NCBI GenBank assembly: GCA_973895155.1
Contig: OZ316894.1
Span: 2,186,457 to 2,250,456 of the forward strand
Direction: 5' to 3'
Source of the DNA: Marsupella aquatica
Lineage: Eukaryota; Plantae; Marchantiophyta
DNA: 64,000 bases
A model generated the notes under the pieces. That model searched no databases. It had not been told where the DNA came from and worked only from the letters and a program-made list of their open reading frames with translations. Made by a program: the position numbers and the translations under genes. Below are positions 50,152-62,315 of this stretch, piece by piece. How positions within the stretch are numbered: the stretch's first letter is position 1; each line of letters opens with the position of its first letter.

Positions 50152-53100
50152 ATGACTACAAGTAACTCAGATTTGAATCGAGCTTATATCAAGTGTAGAG
50201 AAACTTAATGGAACTAATTATTCCATTTGGAAAATTAAACTTGAGATGTTACTCATTCGTCAAGATTTATTTTCTATAGTTGATGGAACTCTTTTAAATC
50301 CTGGCCCAACTAATCCTATGACACTAGCTGAATGGAGGTTGAAGGATTCTAAGGCCAAGGCAGTCTAGCTTATTCTCCATTGTGGAAATAAGCAAATCCA
50401 GTTAGTTCGCTCATTACAAACCTCCAAATTAAGAGGTTTGGGATAAGCTAAAAGCCACGTATGAGCTATCTGACTTATCCACACAAGTCGCTGTCAACCA
50501 GCATCTTCTACAATTGTCCTTATCAGAGGGTATTCTGTCATTGAGTTTTTGGAAGAATTTCAAGGGACAGTAGATGAGGCAGCAGTTTCTGGCCTTGTCA
50601 TACCTGACTTTCAGTTGATCATATATACTTTTGCCAGGGGCATTACCTGAATCCTGGCTGTCTTTCATTAATTACGGTACAAACCAGTCAAGCCAATTTG
50701 ACTTTTCCTGTCCGTTTGGGTAAAATCTTGCAAGAAAATTACATGCGCTTCCAAAATGATTGTAAGGGTAAAGTTGAAATTAAGCCTAGTGCTTTGTTTA
50801 TCGCCAATAAAACGTCCAAACAGAATACAAGGGCAAAGTCAATTCTCCCAATACAAAGTCTAAAGACTTTAGTTGTCACTACTGTTTGAAAAAGGGTCAT
50901 ATAGCCCCTGATTGCCGCACTCGAGCAAAGGATAGGGCTCAAGGTATTTTCAGATCTGCTAAGCCACCCACAACACAGTTTGTTGACACAAATCAAGCCT
51001 CTACGTCTTCTACAGTTGATTCTGGGAAGATTAATATATTTACAGTTACAATGCTTTCAAGCATTTCACCTAGCCTGTTTATGATTTCAATACCATATGG
51101 TATTTAGATTCTTGGGCCACTCGTCATATGACACCTCATCGAGGTTGGTTCCTCACTTACAACACAATATCACTTCCATTAGTGATTTGTATGATTGGCT
51201 GATAATGCACAGCAGGTTGCAATCCGTCATGGAACCATTTCTTTGCAACTTAACACTGGCACTAGCTATCACCACTGTCAGTAATTTACATGCTCCTCAA
51301 GTTAGCAAAAACTTGCTATCAGTCTCTGAAGCTACTCAGAAACTACATGGCAGTATTGAGTTTTTTGCTCAATATTGTCTCATAAAGGCCAAAGTTTCCA
51401 CTGGTCCTCATCTTGAAAAAGGTTGCCCTCAAGTGGGAAACCTTTATCCCATAGGACAGGGCTTACCTGCTGATTACAGTTTGGTTAATAAGCCCACACT
51501 TGCCCTACAATCTAAAGTTCTCGCAATGATGCTTTCTTACATGGCATTATCAGACAGGGTAGTTAAATCTTGTGGCACTTCGTGTTATGCAGTCAAAAGA
51601 TATGGCAATTGGCCTTGATTCCAAGTTTTCCAAAATTCCTCTATGTGAGGGTTGCCTATCTGGAAAACAAAGACAAAATCCTTTTCCTCCAGGGCCTGCT
51701 AATAGAGCTACATCTCTTTTAGGCTGGGTTCATTTTGATCTTTGAATGTGGCCCAATGAACACCATCTCCTTAGGTGGTTGTAAGTACTTCCTCACCTTT
51801 ATCGATGATTTTTCTCAATTTACTTTTTTTTACTTTGTTAAACAAAAGTCTGAAGTTTTTACAAAATTTCAGATTTACAAGACATTAGTTGAAACCCAAA
51901 CCGGTTCTCACATCAAGTCTTTGAGAGATGATATAAATGGTGGAGAGTGCATTTCTCAAGAGTTTCATCAATTCTGTGAGCAACATGGTATTTTACAGCA
52001 ATTTACAATACCCAGTACACCTGAACAGAATGGTGTGGCTGAATGTAAAAACCAAACGTTAGTTAATTCTGCATGTAGTATGATGTTGGCTGCACATCTC
52101 TCTTCCCACTACTGGGCTGAGGCAGTTTCAACTGCTTGCTACCTTCAAAATAGAAGTTATACTTCATCCTTGGCAGAAGATGTTACTCCCTTTCAAGTTT
52201 GGACAGGTCACAAACTTGTCCTTACCCATCTTTGAGTATTTGGCTCCATAGCCTATGCTCATGTACCCAAAGAAAAATGCAAGAAGTTTGATTCTAAAAC
52301 TCAGAAGTGTTTATTCATTGGGTATGGTGAAGATTTTGGTGTGGTTATCGCCTTTATAATTCACAAACACATCAGTTCTTTTTCAGCAGAAATGTTGTCT
52401 TTGATGCTCGGGGGTCTCACTATATGGGGACCTCCCCATCGCCTGCGACGTTTTTAGGCCTCGGACCTCCTAAAATGTAAGAATTTTTTTTAATTTTTTA
52501 ACCCCTATAAAGTTGGAATATTCTTGGAATATTCTAAAAATTGGATTAAAAAGACCCTAATGTTCTTATAAGTCTCAAAATTGAATTTAAAAGACCCTAT
52601 TGTTCTTCTACAAAAATTCTTAAGTCTTCCCTTAGAACCAATAAAATGACCCTATCCTTCGTCGCACGTGATATGCCATTTTTGTGGAAGTGAAACCCCG
52701 AGCTTTGATGAGACATCCATTTCAAATGATACTTCACAAGTCACTATCTTGTAGTTCAACTGCACACAATAGTGATCCAGATAGTGATAAGTCTTTACTG
52801 CCTGAAAATTTGGTGGATCATACTGATGAAGTTTTACAGCCATCAAAGAACACCATCAATCCACAGGCTCCGTTGCCTTTACTTACACCTCAAGTGGTCA
52901 CACCACCCTTCCCACCATCAACACCTTTGCGTCTTCTAGTTCCTCCATATCATCAGTCATTAATTACCTGACACACTCAGTCCTACTACTACAGAAATTC
53001 TAGAAGATCTTGTCTCCCTCAAAGATGATTTACAAAGTAACAGATACTACAACCATAGAAGGTGAACTTTATCATGATGATTTCTCTTCAGAGAATTCAT

Positions 53101-54816
53101 TTCATGAGCCTACTCCTCTTCGACGGTCTACTTGAATCACTCGAGGAACTGTACCACAACGATATCACTTTGGTAATTTTTCACATATACTAACATGGTG
53201 CCTTCATTCATGGCTCAACTTGATGCGCCTTCTACTCTTCGCCAAGCCTTGAGCTCTCCTCAATCAACAAAGTGGCAAGCTACTATTAATTCTGAGTATG
53301 AGTCTCTACTAAAAAATGAGACGTGGGTTTTAGTGGATCTTCCACAAGACTGGACTCCTGTTTCCTGCAAATGGATTCTTAAGCAAAAGTACAACTCTGA
53401 CAGCACTATCGTATGATTTAAAGCTTTGTCTAGTAGCCCGAGGGTTTTCTCAAATTCAAGGACTTGATTATTCAGAAACCTTCAGTCCGCATGACATCTC
53501 TCAGAGTCATGATTGCCTTAGCAGCCCTCTATGATTTTCATGTCCATCAAATGGATGTGAAAACTGTCTTTTTATATGCAACTTTGGTTGAGGAAGTTTA
53601 CATGAAACAGCCAAAAGGTTTCGTGCATCCAGAGCACCCTCACAAGGTATGCAAATGATTGAAATCATTATATGGTCTTAAGCAATCTCCACGGATGTGG
53701 TTCCAGCGCTTTAATACATATCAATATCTTCCAGCGCTTCATTCCATGCCCTGCTGATGCAAATGTTTACATTAAACGTCAGCATCATGACTTTGCCATG
53801 CTAGGGTTATATGTTGATGATTCAATCATCATCTCCAATAGCCTATCCTTCTTGAACTCCATCAAACAATCTTGCTACCCATTTTGATCAAGATGACTGA
53901 TAATGGTGAGCTTCAGTATTGTTTAGGAATTCAAGTTACCCAAGATAGGCATGCTAAGACAATTCAACTTTCTCAATCAAAGTACATTGATGATATTTTG
54001 GAACATTTTCACATGCTAGAGTGTAAACCTATTGATACACCCTTACTGCAAGCTGCAACCCGTTTAACTAAAGCCATGTCTCCAATGACTTTAGAACAAC
54101 AACAGCAAATGAAAAATATTCCTTATGCTAATGCTGTTGGTTCAATTTTATATCATGCTGTCACTAGTACAAGGCCAGACATTTCATTTGCTGCAGCTCA
54201 CACTGCACAATATATGTCAAACCCTGGTCGACGTCCTTTACACTGGTCAGCCGCTAAGCGCGTTTTACGCTATTGGAAGAAAACCAAGCATATTGGACTC
54301 ACTTTTCATGGCCGTGCCATGTCTAAACTAAATGGATGGACGGACTCCAATTGGGCATCTGATTCTGATTCTCACAAGTCCGTCACTGGTTATGCTTTTA
54401 CTCTCGCTGGTGCAGCTGTATCTAAGTGGTAGAGTATGAAGCAACCAACAGTGGCTCTTTCCTCCACCGAGGCTGATCGAGTATTGCTGTGGCTTTTGCA
54501 GCCAAGGAAGCTATGTGGCTTTGTCAACTCTTAATTAACCGACAATGGTTTTCCTTCTCAAGGTCCCATATCACTTTTTAGTGATAATCAATCAAGCATT
54601 TCCTTGTCTAGGAATCCTAGTCAATATCATGAAAGATTCAAGCATATAGATCTTCGATACAAGTATTTATGTCAATAAAAAGTTAGTCAAAACCAAGTGG
54701 TTATTAGTTACGTCCCTATGTACATCACAAATGGTAGCTGACATATTAACCAATTGAAGCACTTCCTCAATCAAAGCATGATTCTTGTACTCGTGCTTTA
54801 GGCCTCAAAAGCTTAG
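50152..54816 (+). pseudogene. Frameshifted Copia gag-pol (gag, zinc knuckle, protease, integrase, RT, RNase H)
   Basis: EKLNGTNYSIWK, CHYCLKKGHIAPDC, WYLDS.ATRHM, YFLTFIDDFS...PEQNGVAE, SRNVVFDE (after MITE removal), CKWILK, HQMDVKTVFL, LYVDD, GWTDSNWASD. Integrase precedes RT (Copia order); many stops and frameshifts. Confidence 0.93.
52407..52702. mobile_element. 296-bp MITE with 8-bp TSD CTTTGATG
   Basis: TIR CTCGGGGGTCTCACT / AGTGAAACCCCGAG. TSD at 52399-52406 and 52703-52710. Removal restores RNVVFDE. Confidence 0.92.
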
Positions 54817-55731
54817 AGTAACTATTTAAATCCTAGTTGTTTCCCATTAAGGGAGGGTGTTAGGGATAATGTGAACACAACTAGACTATCTAGGTTATAT
54901 TGAAGAGATACCGGGAGAGATACTTAGATAGACAGTACTGTTCATATGGTTGATCCATGCATCACTAGAAGAAACCCACCCATTCTGAGACCTTGCCTTA
55001 CATGACTTGTGCGAGACCTTCAGAAATAAGTGACTCCAAGGTTGTTGGTGTCATCTTAGTTACATAGTCTTGACTCACTTAATTTTGGTGAATTTTTGGG
55101 AAGTCATGTATTTGACTATAGGGAAAGTTGCTACTGTAACTGAGTTAAGGCAAGTATATCAATTGAAGTTATATCAGTGTGACACGGATAACATGTCACT
55201 TAACCAAATGCAGGTCCTAGATTAGGACTTATACGGTCATTAGGACCATAGCCGTAGTGTAGAGTAGCATGAATAGCCGTCTTTGCCATTATGAATAGAT
55301 TAGGAGTAGGTTAGTTGACTGAATGATTACGAATTAAGGAAAGGGGATTATTATGATCGACCGAGGTACGGTGGCGGCGGCAGAGTAAAAATCCGTTAGG
55401 AGATCACGCTTGGACCAAGACACCAAACTTCGGGCCATTATCAACGACTGAAACGGCCTCGCCTTCTCACGCTTGAGCTCACCCTGGCACCCCCCATAAG
55501 AGCTGAGTCAATGGCGCTGTGGCCCATTTGCTCGATCATACCTTTCAGAATTCGTGGACGCTGCCATTCCCTCTCGCCTTTTGCTCAAATTGAGCTAACT
55601 TTTACGAGGAAATTACCGAAGGGCAAGAGCGGATTGTGGCGGGATTTAGTCAGGGCGAGTAAGGCCGCCACCAACAAGCAAAATTGCCAGGCGAGAACGC
55701 GGACTCAACAAACCAGACTACAAAGGTTAGT

Positions 55732-56454
55732 ATGACCCTTACAGCCTTGGGATTTTGGACCTTGTTTGGCGAGGTAGGTGCTAAGTTCTCCAAGACTTAT
55801 TGGTATTCTTGCCCCGAGAAAGTCGCTTACGAACGAAGGTATGCAAAGTTGGTGGCTAAGGTAGCACAAGTTAATTGTGAGAAGATAGCCATCACCAGGG
55901 ATTCCAGCTACAATGAGCTGCGGGACTACATCACCGAGTTATACATCAGCGAGGAGGGGTTTAGATCGGTAGCAGAGGCGATTCTTGAAGTCCCCGCGAA
56001 GTTCTTTAGGTTGAGGGGCAGCCAGAGGCTGACTCTAGCGGAGTTTGACAAAATCTTGGGATACATCGACCAACAGATTGCAGTCGAGAAGCGTGAAGAA
56101 GACATCAGCAGACAACAGGAAGTGGTGCGCAATCTTATGTTCCTTGGGGAAAGCTCCAACGCCTTCAACTGGGATATGGCTACCTCGACACCACCCCCAA
56201 CCCCTCAGCCGATGACCACCGGCGTACCGCCAAACCGGGCCCAAGTCCGTCCCGTGAACAACACCGAGTGTTCCTCGGGTTCCGAGCGTGTTAGTCCGCA
56301 ACTTGAGCAGCATTCTCAAAAGCGTGCAAGGACGATGCCGGCCCCCAAACCAACAATGCAAACCAACGCCGCCCCTGCACCTGCCCCGGCCAACCCCCCG
56401 ACCAACCAGACCCGACGACGGCCCTCGGATAATCAACAACCTAACTTATTATAG
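55732..56454 (+). CDS. 240-aa ORF of unknown function within the CACTA element (helical N-part, Pro-rich tail)
   Basis: Open frame from ATG 55732 to TAG 56452-56454. No family recognised. Confidence 0.5.
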   Translation: MTLTALGFWTLFGEVGAKFSKTYWYSCPEKVAYERRYAKLVAKVAQVNCEKIAITRDSSYNELRDYITELYISEEGFRSVAEAILEVPAKFFRLRGSQRLTLAEFDKILGYIDQQIAVEKREEDISRQQEVVRNLMFLGESSNAFNWDMATSTPPPTPQPMTTGVPPNRAQVRPVNNTECSSGSERVSPQLEQHSQKRARTMPAPKPTMQTNAAPAPAPANPPTNQTRRRPSDNQQPNLL

Positions 56455-57960
56455 GTATTCGCGTCCCGGAGGTAGTCTGGACGGCGATCAAGAAACCTGA
56501 CCATGCGGACTATTTCAAGGAGCATCAGTTGGAGCAGTTCGCTCACTTGCTATGGAGACCTAGCGCAGCCAGGCCAAAGGAGGTTTATGAGTTCATCTCC
56601 AACTTCGACACTGACGCATCGACCACCAAGGTTTCAGGACAAACCTTATCACTTACGGAGCATCGGTTGGCACAGATCTTCTGTCTGCCAACCGTTCCTG
56701 TGTCGGTAGAACTTCGAATTTGGGATAAGGAGTACACACCTTGGCACTTCAAACCCGAGGGTAAGACAGACAACGGGTACAAGCAGGGGTCATCCCTGGG
56801 GAATCACTTAGAGTAAAACCCCTAAAACACGTGAGAACAAACCAATGGAATTTGAAAAAATAAATTTAAAAATAAATTCAATTAAATATACCCTTGTACC
56901 ATTTATAACATGACTTTGACAATTCTTAAATACCTTCATGAACATAAAAACTAATTTTTTTTTACCAAAATTGGATTTTTAAATGCCTTTAGTATAAGTT
57001 TTTGATTATAATTATTACTCTAACAAGATTAAAAATAACCTTCATTTGTTCGCACCCCGTTCTAATAATCCAACGAGTGAATCCCCAGGGGGGGTCATGC
57101 ACCAACTTAATCTCTACCTACACATGATTGAGCCACGATCCGAGATCTCCCTCTGTACGATCGTACAGGTGGAACAGTACAAATGGTAAAAATGGGCCCA
57201 ATTCTTTTATCGTAAGTTCTCAGGGGAGCTTAAGCGGGCTCAAGGAGGTATGGCTATTGGGGGAAGGACCTACCTGGGAAGTCACATTGCCATCATCCTC
57301 GGCTGGTACAAAGTGCGGCGGGAGGCCAGGGGAAAGAACATGGCCACCTCAGCCCCGACTAATGTCACCCCCGCTCCGGAGGAGGCGACCACGAGCGAGC
57401 GGACTACCGCACCGCGGCAAACCCCAAGCCCATGGCCCCAACTAATACTTCGCCACCTCCTCCTGTTAATACTCCGCCACCCCCTTCCGTCGAGCCTCCG
57501 CTACCCCCGGTACAACCACCCCCAATCCCTCCACCACCTGAAGAAACCTTCCCCTCCCCATTGCAGACTACGGAGGAGCTCGCCGCCCCGCCGAGGAACC
57601 ACCGTGCCCGAGAGGATGGAGGACTACCAAGTAGCCTAGGGACCATGGCCTACGACCTGGTCCAGAAGTTTAGCCAGACTATGTTAGGGGAGCTGGCGAC
57701 TATGCCAAGCGAGATAAATTGCTCGCGTAGAACCAGACCCATCGTGACTCCATCGGCCAGCTCAGCCTAGAGGTAGCACGGCTCCAGACCGAGGCTGATG
57801 AAGCTGCGAACGAGGCAGAGGAGGCGGTACGGGATAACAAGGCGTTGCAGGACCGCATTACCCTGCTCATCCTCCAACAGGCAAGACCTAGGCCCACCTT
57901 TGATCAAGGCGGCTCGAGGTCTCGCCCCGACAAGGGGACAACCCTGGCCCGACCATAGCA
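56455..57960 (+). pseudogene. Disrupted transposon accessory ORF: 'putative plant transposon protein'/PMD-like domain, Pro-rich linker, coiled coil
   Basis: VYEFISNF...VSGQTLSLTEHRLAQIFCLP resembles the EF..NF...V.G..I.......I..LP pattern of plant TE accessory ORFs. It is followed by PPPPVNTPPPP and LSLEVARLQTEADEAANEAEEAVRDNKALQDRI. Interrupted by a MITE and frameshifts. Confidence 0.55.
56794..57090. mobile_element. 297-bp AT-rich MITE with 8-bp TSD GGGGTCAT
   Basis: TIR CCCTGGGGA(A/T)TCACT at both ends. TSD at 56786-56793 and 57091-57098. Confidence 0.9.
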
Positions 57961-60900
57961 CGCACGTAAGGGGTGGTTAGCGAAGGGTGTGAGCAGGCGC
58001 CGCGCGAGGTAGTTGAGTCAGGAGCATCTTTTTGATTAGGCTTAACGACAAAATAACTATCATTAGACGCTGATTAGCGGCGCAGTAAGAAGAATTAGGA
58101 CAGGATCAGTTAGGATCAGCCAACGTAGGATAGAGTCCATCGACAGACTAGATTTTGGTCAGTAGACTTAGCCACTGCCACCCCGGTCAGCGCCCCTTGC
58201 CACTGACGGTCAGCTGGTCAGAGGTAGTGCGGCCGGTTAGTCAGAAGGTAGTTAGTCAGTAGGCATTACCCTGGGAGGTAGTATCTTCCGGCTCCTTTCC
58301 TCAACATAGTATTTAGGCTTCCCCTTCCGCTATGGGAGGGGGGAAAGCTTAGTTATCTCAGCGCAAGAAAAGGCGAGGCACGGGGAGTCCCGGCCTGAGC
58401 AGGGTCAGAGTGCACTAAGGAGTGAGAGCCAGAGTCGAGCTTGCTGGGCAAGTGTGGGGCGGGGCCTCGTAGAGACTGGGCATCGACTGCCTTAGGCATG
58501 TTGACCCCCTTAGAAGTTGAGTCAACTATGTAAACTGATTCTTCACTAAGTAAATGTAGTCTTTTCCCTTTGATTCTACCGCGAGTAACTGGTGTTGTGT
58601 GTATGCTTTTTCTGGGCAAAGGCGCCATTTCAAGGGACGTACCGGGTGCGGACTAATGGTAGGGATTGCCACCCATTGCATCTCACAAGGTTCCGTCGCG
58701 TTGATGGCTTGAAAGCCCCAAGCCGGGAGTTAGTCCGAGTCACTAATTGTGGGAATATTCCAGTGGTGGAAAACAAATATACCTATGACCAGTACGAGTT
58801 GCGTAAGTATTATACCGGTAGGTATATTGACTTAGCCCGACTTAGGGCTAATCAGGCCCGCTACACACCTCCTTGCCCGAACGCTCACCCCTACTGGTGG
58901 TCGAGGTTGCACTAGGGAACTAACTCGGATTTAAGGCCCAGGTTAGGGGCGCGACAATCAGTGACCATGAGTTAGAATATTATGTATGAGAGCCCTACAT
59001 TCTAAGACTACAATGTCCTGGCCCAATACATATGATTTTGGATCCATCATATTAATCACATTATTTCATGTAATTATATATAATTATCATCACTGACTTT
59101 TTCTTTATTATTCCCCTAGCCTGTAAGTAAATATACACTGGCCTGCCCTAAACCTAGCCCCCATTTTAGATCCTGCCCCCATTTTAGACACGTACAATAT
59201 GTTAGTATTGAAACGCACAAAAACTATGACATATATTACTCCCTTGCCATCTTAAGCCATTCACAGATTTAATTTGTGTATATATACTATTGGCTGTCTG
59301 AAGGAGGGAACAAAGTTTCATTTGGATTTTTTCCACATACATGGGCGACTCCACGGTTTCAATTAGTGTCATCCCCCCAAAACTCCATGCATCATTCTCT
59401 TTGGATACCTTTAGTGCCAGCACCCCAAATCCAATCTATATACATACTTAGTGTATAGACGATTCATGAAATGTTGGTGAATAGAATTCTTGTCATTCTA
59501 GGGGTTAAGGACTTTTAATTTCACCCAATTGGGCGGGCAATTGGGTGAATTCGGGTGAGGGTTTAATCTTCTTTCCCGCAAATGGGGTTATGTTTAAGCA
59601 CTATAGGTTGCCTTGAGCAGTGGCGCCAAATTAATCTTTGAACAAGTGCAGAGGGTTTAGGGTAAGCAAACTCCGTTGAATGTAAGCAAGCTAAGTTTGT
59701 TGAATGCAAGATGGAGCAAAGTCCGTTGTAGATGGTAAGCCTGAATTACCCTAACTAAGGGATAGTGTGGCATGGGCGGTGGTAGTCGTTCAGTGAGGGA
59801 AGCAACACATTTCAAGTGTCATTCAGTTTCAGGCATCGACTGTTGGAAGAGCCCACTCAGGGATTAAGCAGGTTCGCGCGCTGATTCTTTCAAGGTGGGA
59901 GAGGTAGGAGAGTCAACAAGTGCACCTAGGTCCGCACTTGGATGTACATTGCAGTCTGACTGGGAGGCTTTCGCCTGGCATGGAGCTGGAGTGAAGCTGG
60001 AGTGGAGTGCAGCTTCTGTCACAAACTGTTGAGGATTGCTACGCAGCTTCAGTTAGAGCGTCTTGGTACTGCATCGGCCCAGGTAAGGCTATATGCGACC
60101 TCGCAGTTGCAAGGAGGGAAGTCTCCCCATGGTGTTATCAGCTCGGTCTAATTACCCTGTGACTAATTAAAGTCATATTACAGTCACGTAACAACAAGGC
60201 TAGACTCCATGATGGAGTCATGGACCAGTCACACTTGGGTATCAAGAGAGTCACAAACTTTTGTATCAATAGTGATTTCTATTTTTTGGTCTCAACTTTT
60301 GCAACTCCAAGGGTCACAGCTTGGGGCACGTCACGTTGAGTCACAATGAAGTCACATGAGCCAAAAGGAGTGAGTCACATATTGCGGTCTCAGATTACTT
60401 CGGATTCTTCTAGTGATGTGTCTAAGAAATGCAACCCTTTAGGACTGGACACCTAGTAAGGGATGTGACCCTTCAGGTCTACAATCATTAGCTCTAGCAT
60501 ATAGGTCATTCTTCATGTCATTCATGGATGATTCATTCAATTGTATTCATTTACACAATAAAGATTATCATGTGTAAAACTTCATTCCAAGAATATGATC
60601 TATGGACATGGACAAAAACTAGATTAGTAAGTAAGAACTTGATAAAGATACTAATTGAATATCTCTAACACATCTCAGCTAGTAGCAGTACACAGATTTA
60701 CAGTACGTAAATCTAGTCTCTACATGGGTATCATTCCATATGAGCACTACTAGGATTGACTAGCTAATTAATACACTGAGAAATATGACTGGATTCATGA
60801 GTGTTGAAGTGTACTAAATAAAGACAATCTAATCTAACATGGCTATATAATTCTACTCCAGAGCCTGCATCCCTTGGGATCGTCATGCAAGTACTACTAA

Positions 60901-61973
60901 ATGGACAGTACTCTTACCTCAGAGCTAAATATTGTCACTTTAATTTTTGTCACGCTTTTAATTACTACAAATTTGAACGAGCATTTCTTCTATCGATCAT
61001 GATTCAAGAACTAACAGACTACTCTGAATGAAGATTGAACTAAAGACGTGACTGTTACAAATATATATTGTACATCCCACAAAGGTGAATTTCTCAGAAA
61101 AGGGTCGATTCCGAGATCTGGATGCCAAGAAATTTAGCTGTTCTTCTATACAAAAATCCTTGGAGAAACTCAAAAAAATAAATAAGGAAATTTTGATGCA
61201 ACCTCAGTTAACGAAGCAAAGAACAAAGTATATCATAATCTAAGTCAGACAGAAACTGATCGATCGACAGTCCAGTTTCAACGCAAAGAATAAGTCTGAT
61301 CCACTATGTTCGACATTCTCCTTTTGTCACTACAACATTAGTAAAGTATTCATTTGAAGTGACTATCTGGCTATGGGTATTAATTCTGGACTGCCAGACA
61401 TTCTGGACGGAGTCAGATAGCTTGGCAATCAAACTACACTCAGTAAGATGCCGCTGTAGTCAAACTCTAAAAGCTACAATCCTACCCAGCTGCTGGAACT
61501 TAATTTCCCATGTCTTTGGATAAGCCAAAATGGAGAATTAGGAAAGGTAAAAGACACCAGGTGCCCTTAAGGGTCCAGGGTTGTCTCTATATATTCAAAC
61601 GGGTGACCATACCATGTACGTCTTACAATTTGCAATGAGAATTTGGTTCGCCATCAGTGTTGGGAAGGTATGCCAATTGGGCGGACCCTAATATAAACCT
61701 GAGCCAACTCAATCACCTCATTGGTACTACGTTAGCCAGCTCAATCACCTTGCTGCTGACAAGATTATTATCCTCACATACAACTGCCTTGATCTGATGT
61801 ACCGTTTGATCCATCCGGGCAGCCAGCTTGCCCTAATTGCTTCAACGCAACACAACTCTCTCAAAAAACAGATCTATTGCTCTCAATTCCACCCAATGAG
61901 TAACCTACATCCCGGCCTACATCGATCTGGCAGTCGAAGTTAGCATTTTGCATGAGTGATCCATCAGTACCCA

Positions 61974-62315
61974 CCCTACCGTGACGAACGATTGAGGACT
62001 CCTATATATAAGGCCAACATATATATCGTTCGTCCTACCGTGACGAACGATTGAGGACTGCTATATATGTATGAAGTCGTAGCGATTGGCAGTTGAAGTT
62101 CTCCCTTGCCTCTTTGTAAGTGCATATCCATTTGGGGCTGTGGAGCTTCAAGGTCTATTAAGTCGCCGTGACTAACGATGAAGTTGAGGACCCCTATATA
62201 TAAGGCCAATGCGCATATGAAGTCGTAGCGATTGGCAGTTGAGGTTCTCCCTAGCTTGCCTCTTTGTAAGTGCATATTCATCTTGGGGCTGTGGAGCTTG
62301 AAGGTCTATTAAGTC
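61974..62315. repeat. Composite tandem duplications (59-bp and 146-bp periods)
   Basis: CCTACCGTGACGAACGATTGAGGACT twice; TGAAGTCGTAGCGATTGGCAGTTGA...AAGGTCTATTAAGTCG at ~62072 and ~62218. Confidence 0.85.

Larger units (their letters stand above)
54963..60415. mobile_element. CACTA (En/Spm-type) element, 5.45 kb, no recognisable TnpD transposase
   Basis: ~30-bp TIR CACTAGAAGAA(A/T)CC......TCTGAGACC at both ends and subterminal GTGACTC/GAGTCAC repeats. It splits the Copia B 3' LTR; AT on both flanks. Confidence 0.88.
49571..60592 (+). mobile_element. Ty1/Copia LTR retrotransposon B, near full length, nested in the 5' LTR of element A; its 3' LTR is split by a CACTA element
   Basis: TSD ATATG (49566-49570 / 60593-60597). 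5' LTR 49571-49841, PBS TGGTATTAGAGCC at 49842-49854, PPT AAGGGAGGG before the 3' LTR (54858-54962 + 60416-60592). Confidence 0.92.
45623..60670 (-). mobile_element. Ty1/Copia LTR retrotransposon A (degenerate, internally deleted; 5' LTR split by element B)
   Basis: TSD CATCT (45618-45622 / 60671-60675). LTRs TG...CA at 45623-45936 and 49340-49570+60593-60670. Met-tRNA PBS (revcomp TGGTATCAGAGCC) at 49327-49339; PPT beside 45937. RT/RNaseH remnants IYGLKQ and LQGYSDS...KSIGGYCFLLGGCAISWTSKKQ; gag knuckle CFHCNLKGH. Confidence 0.9.
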
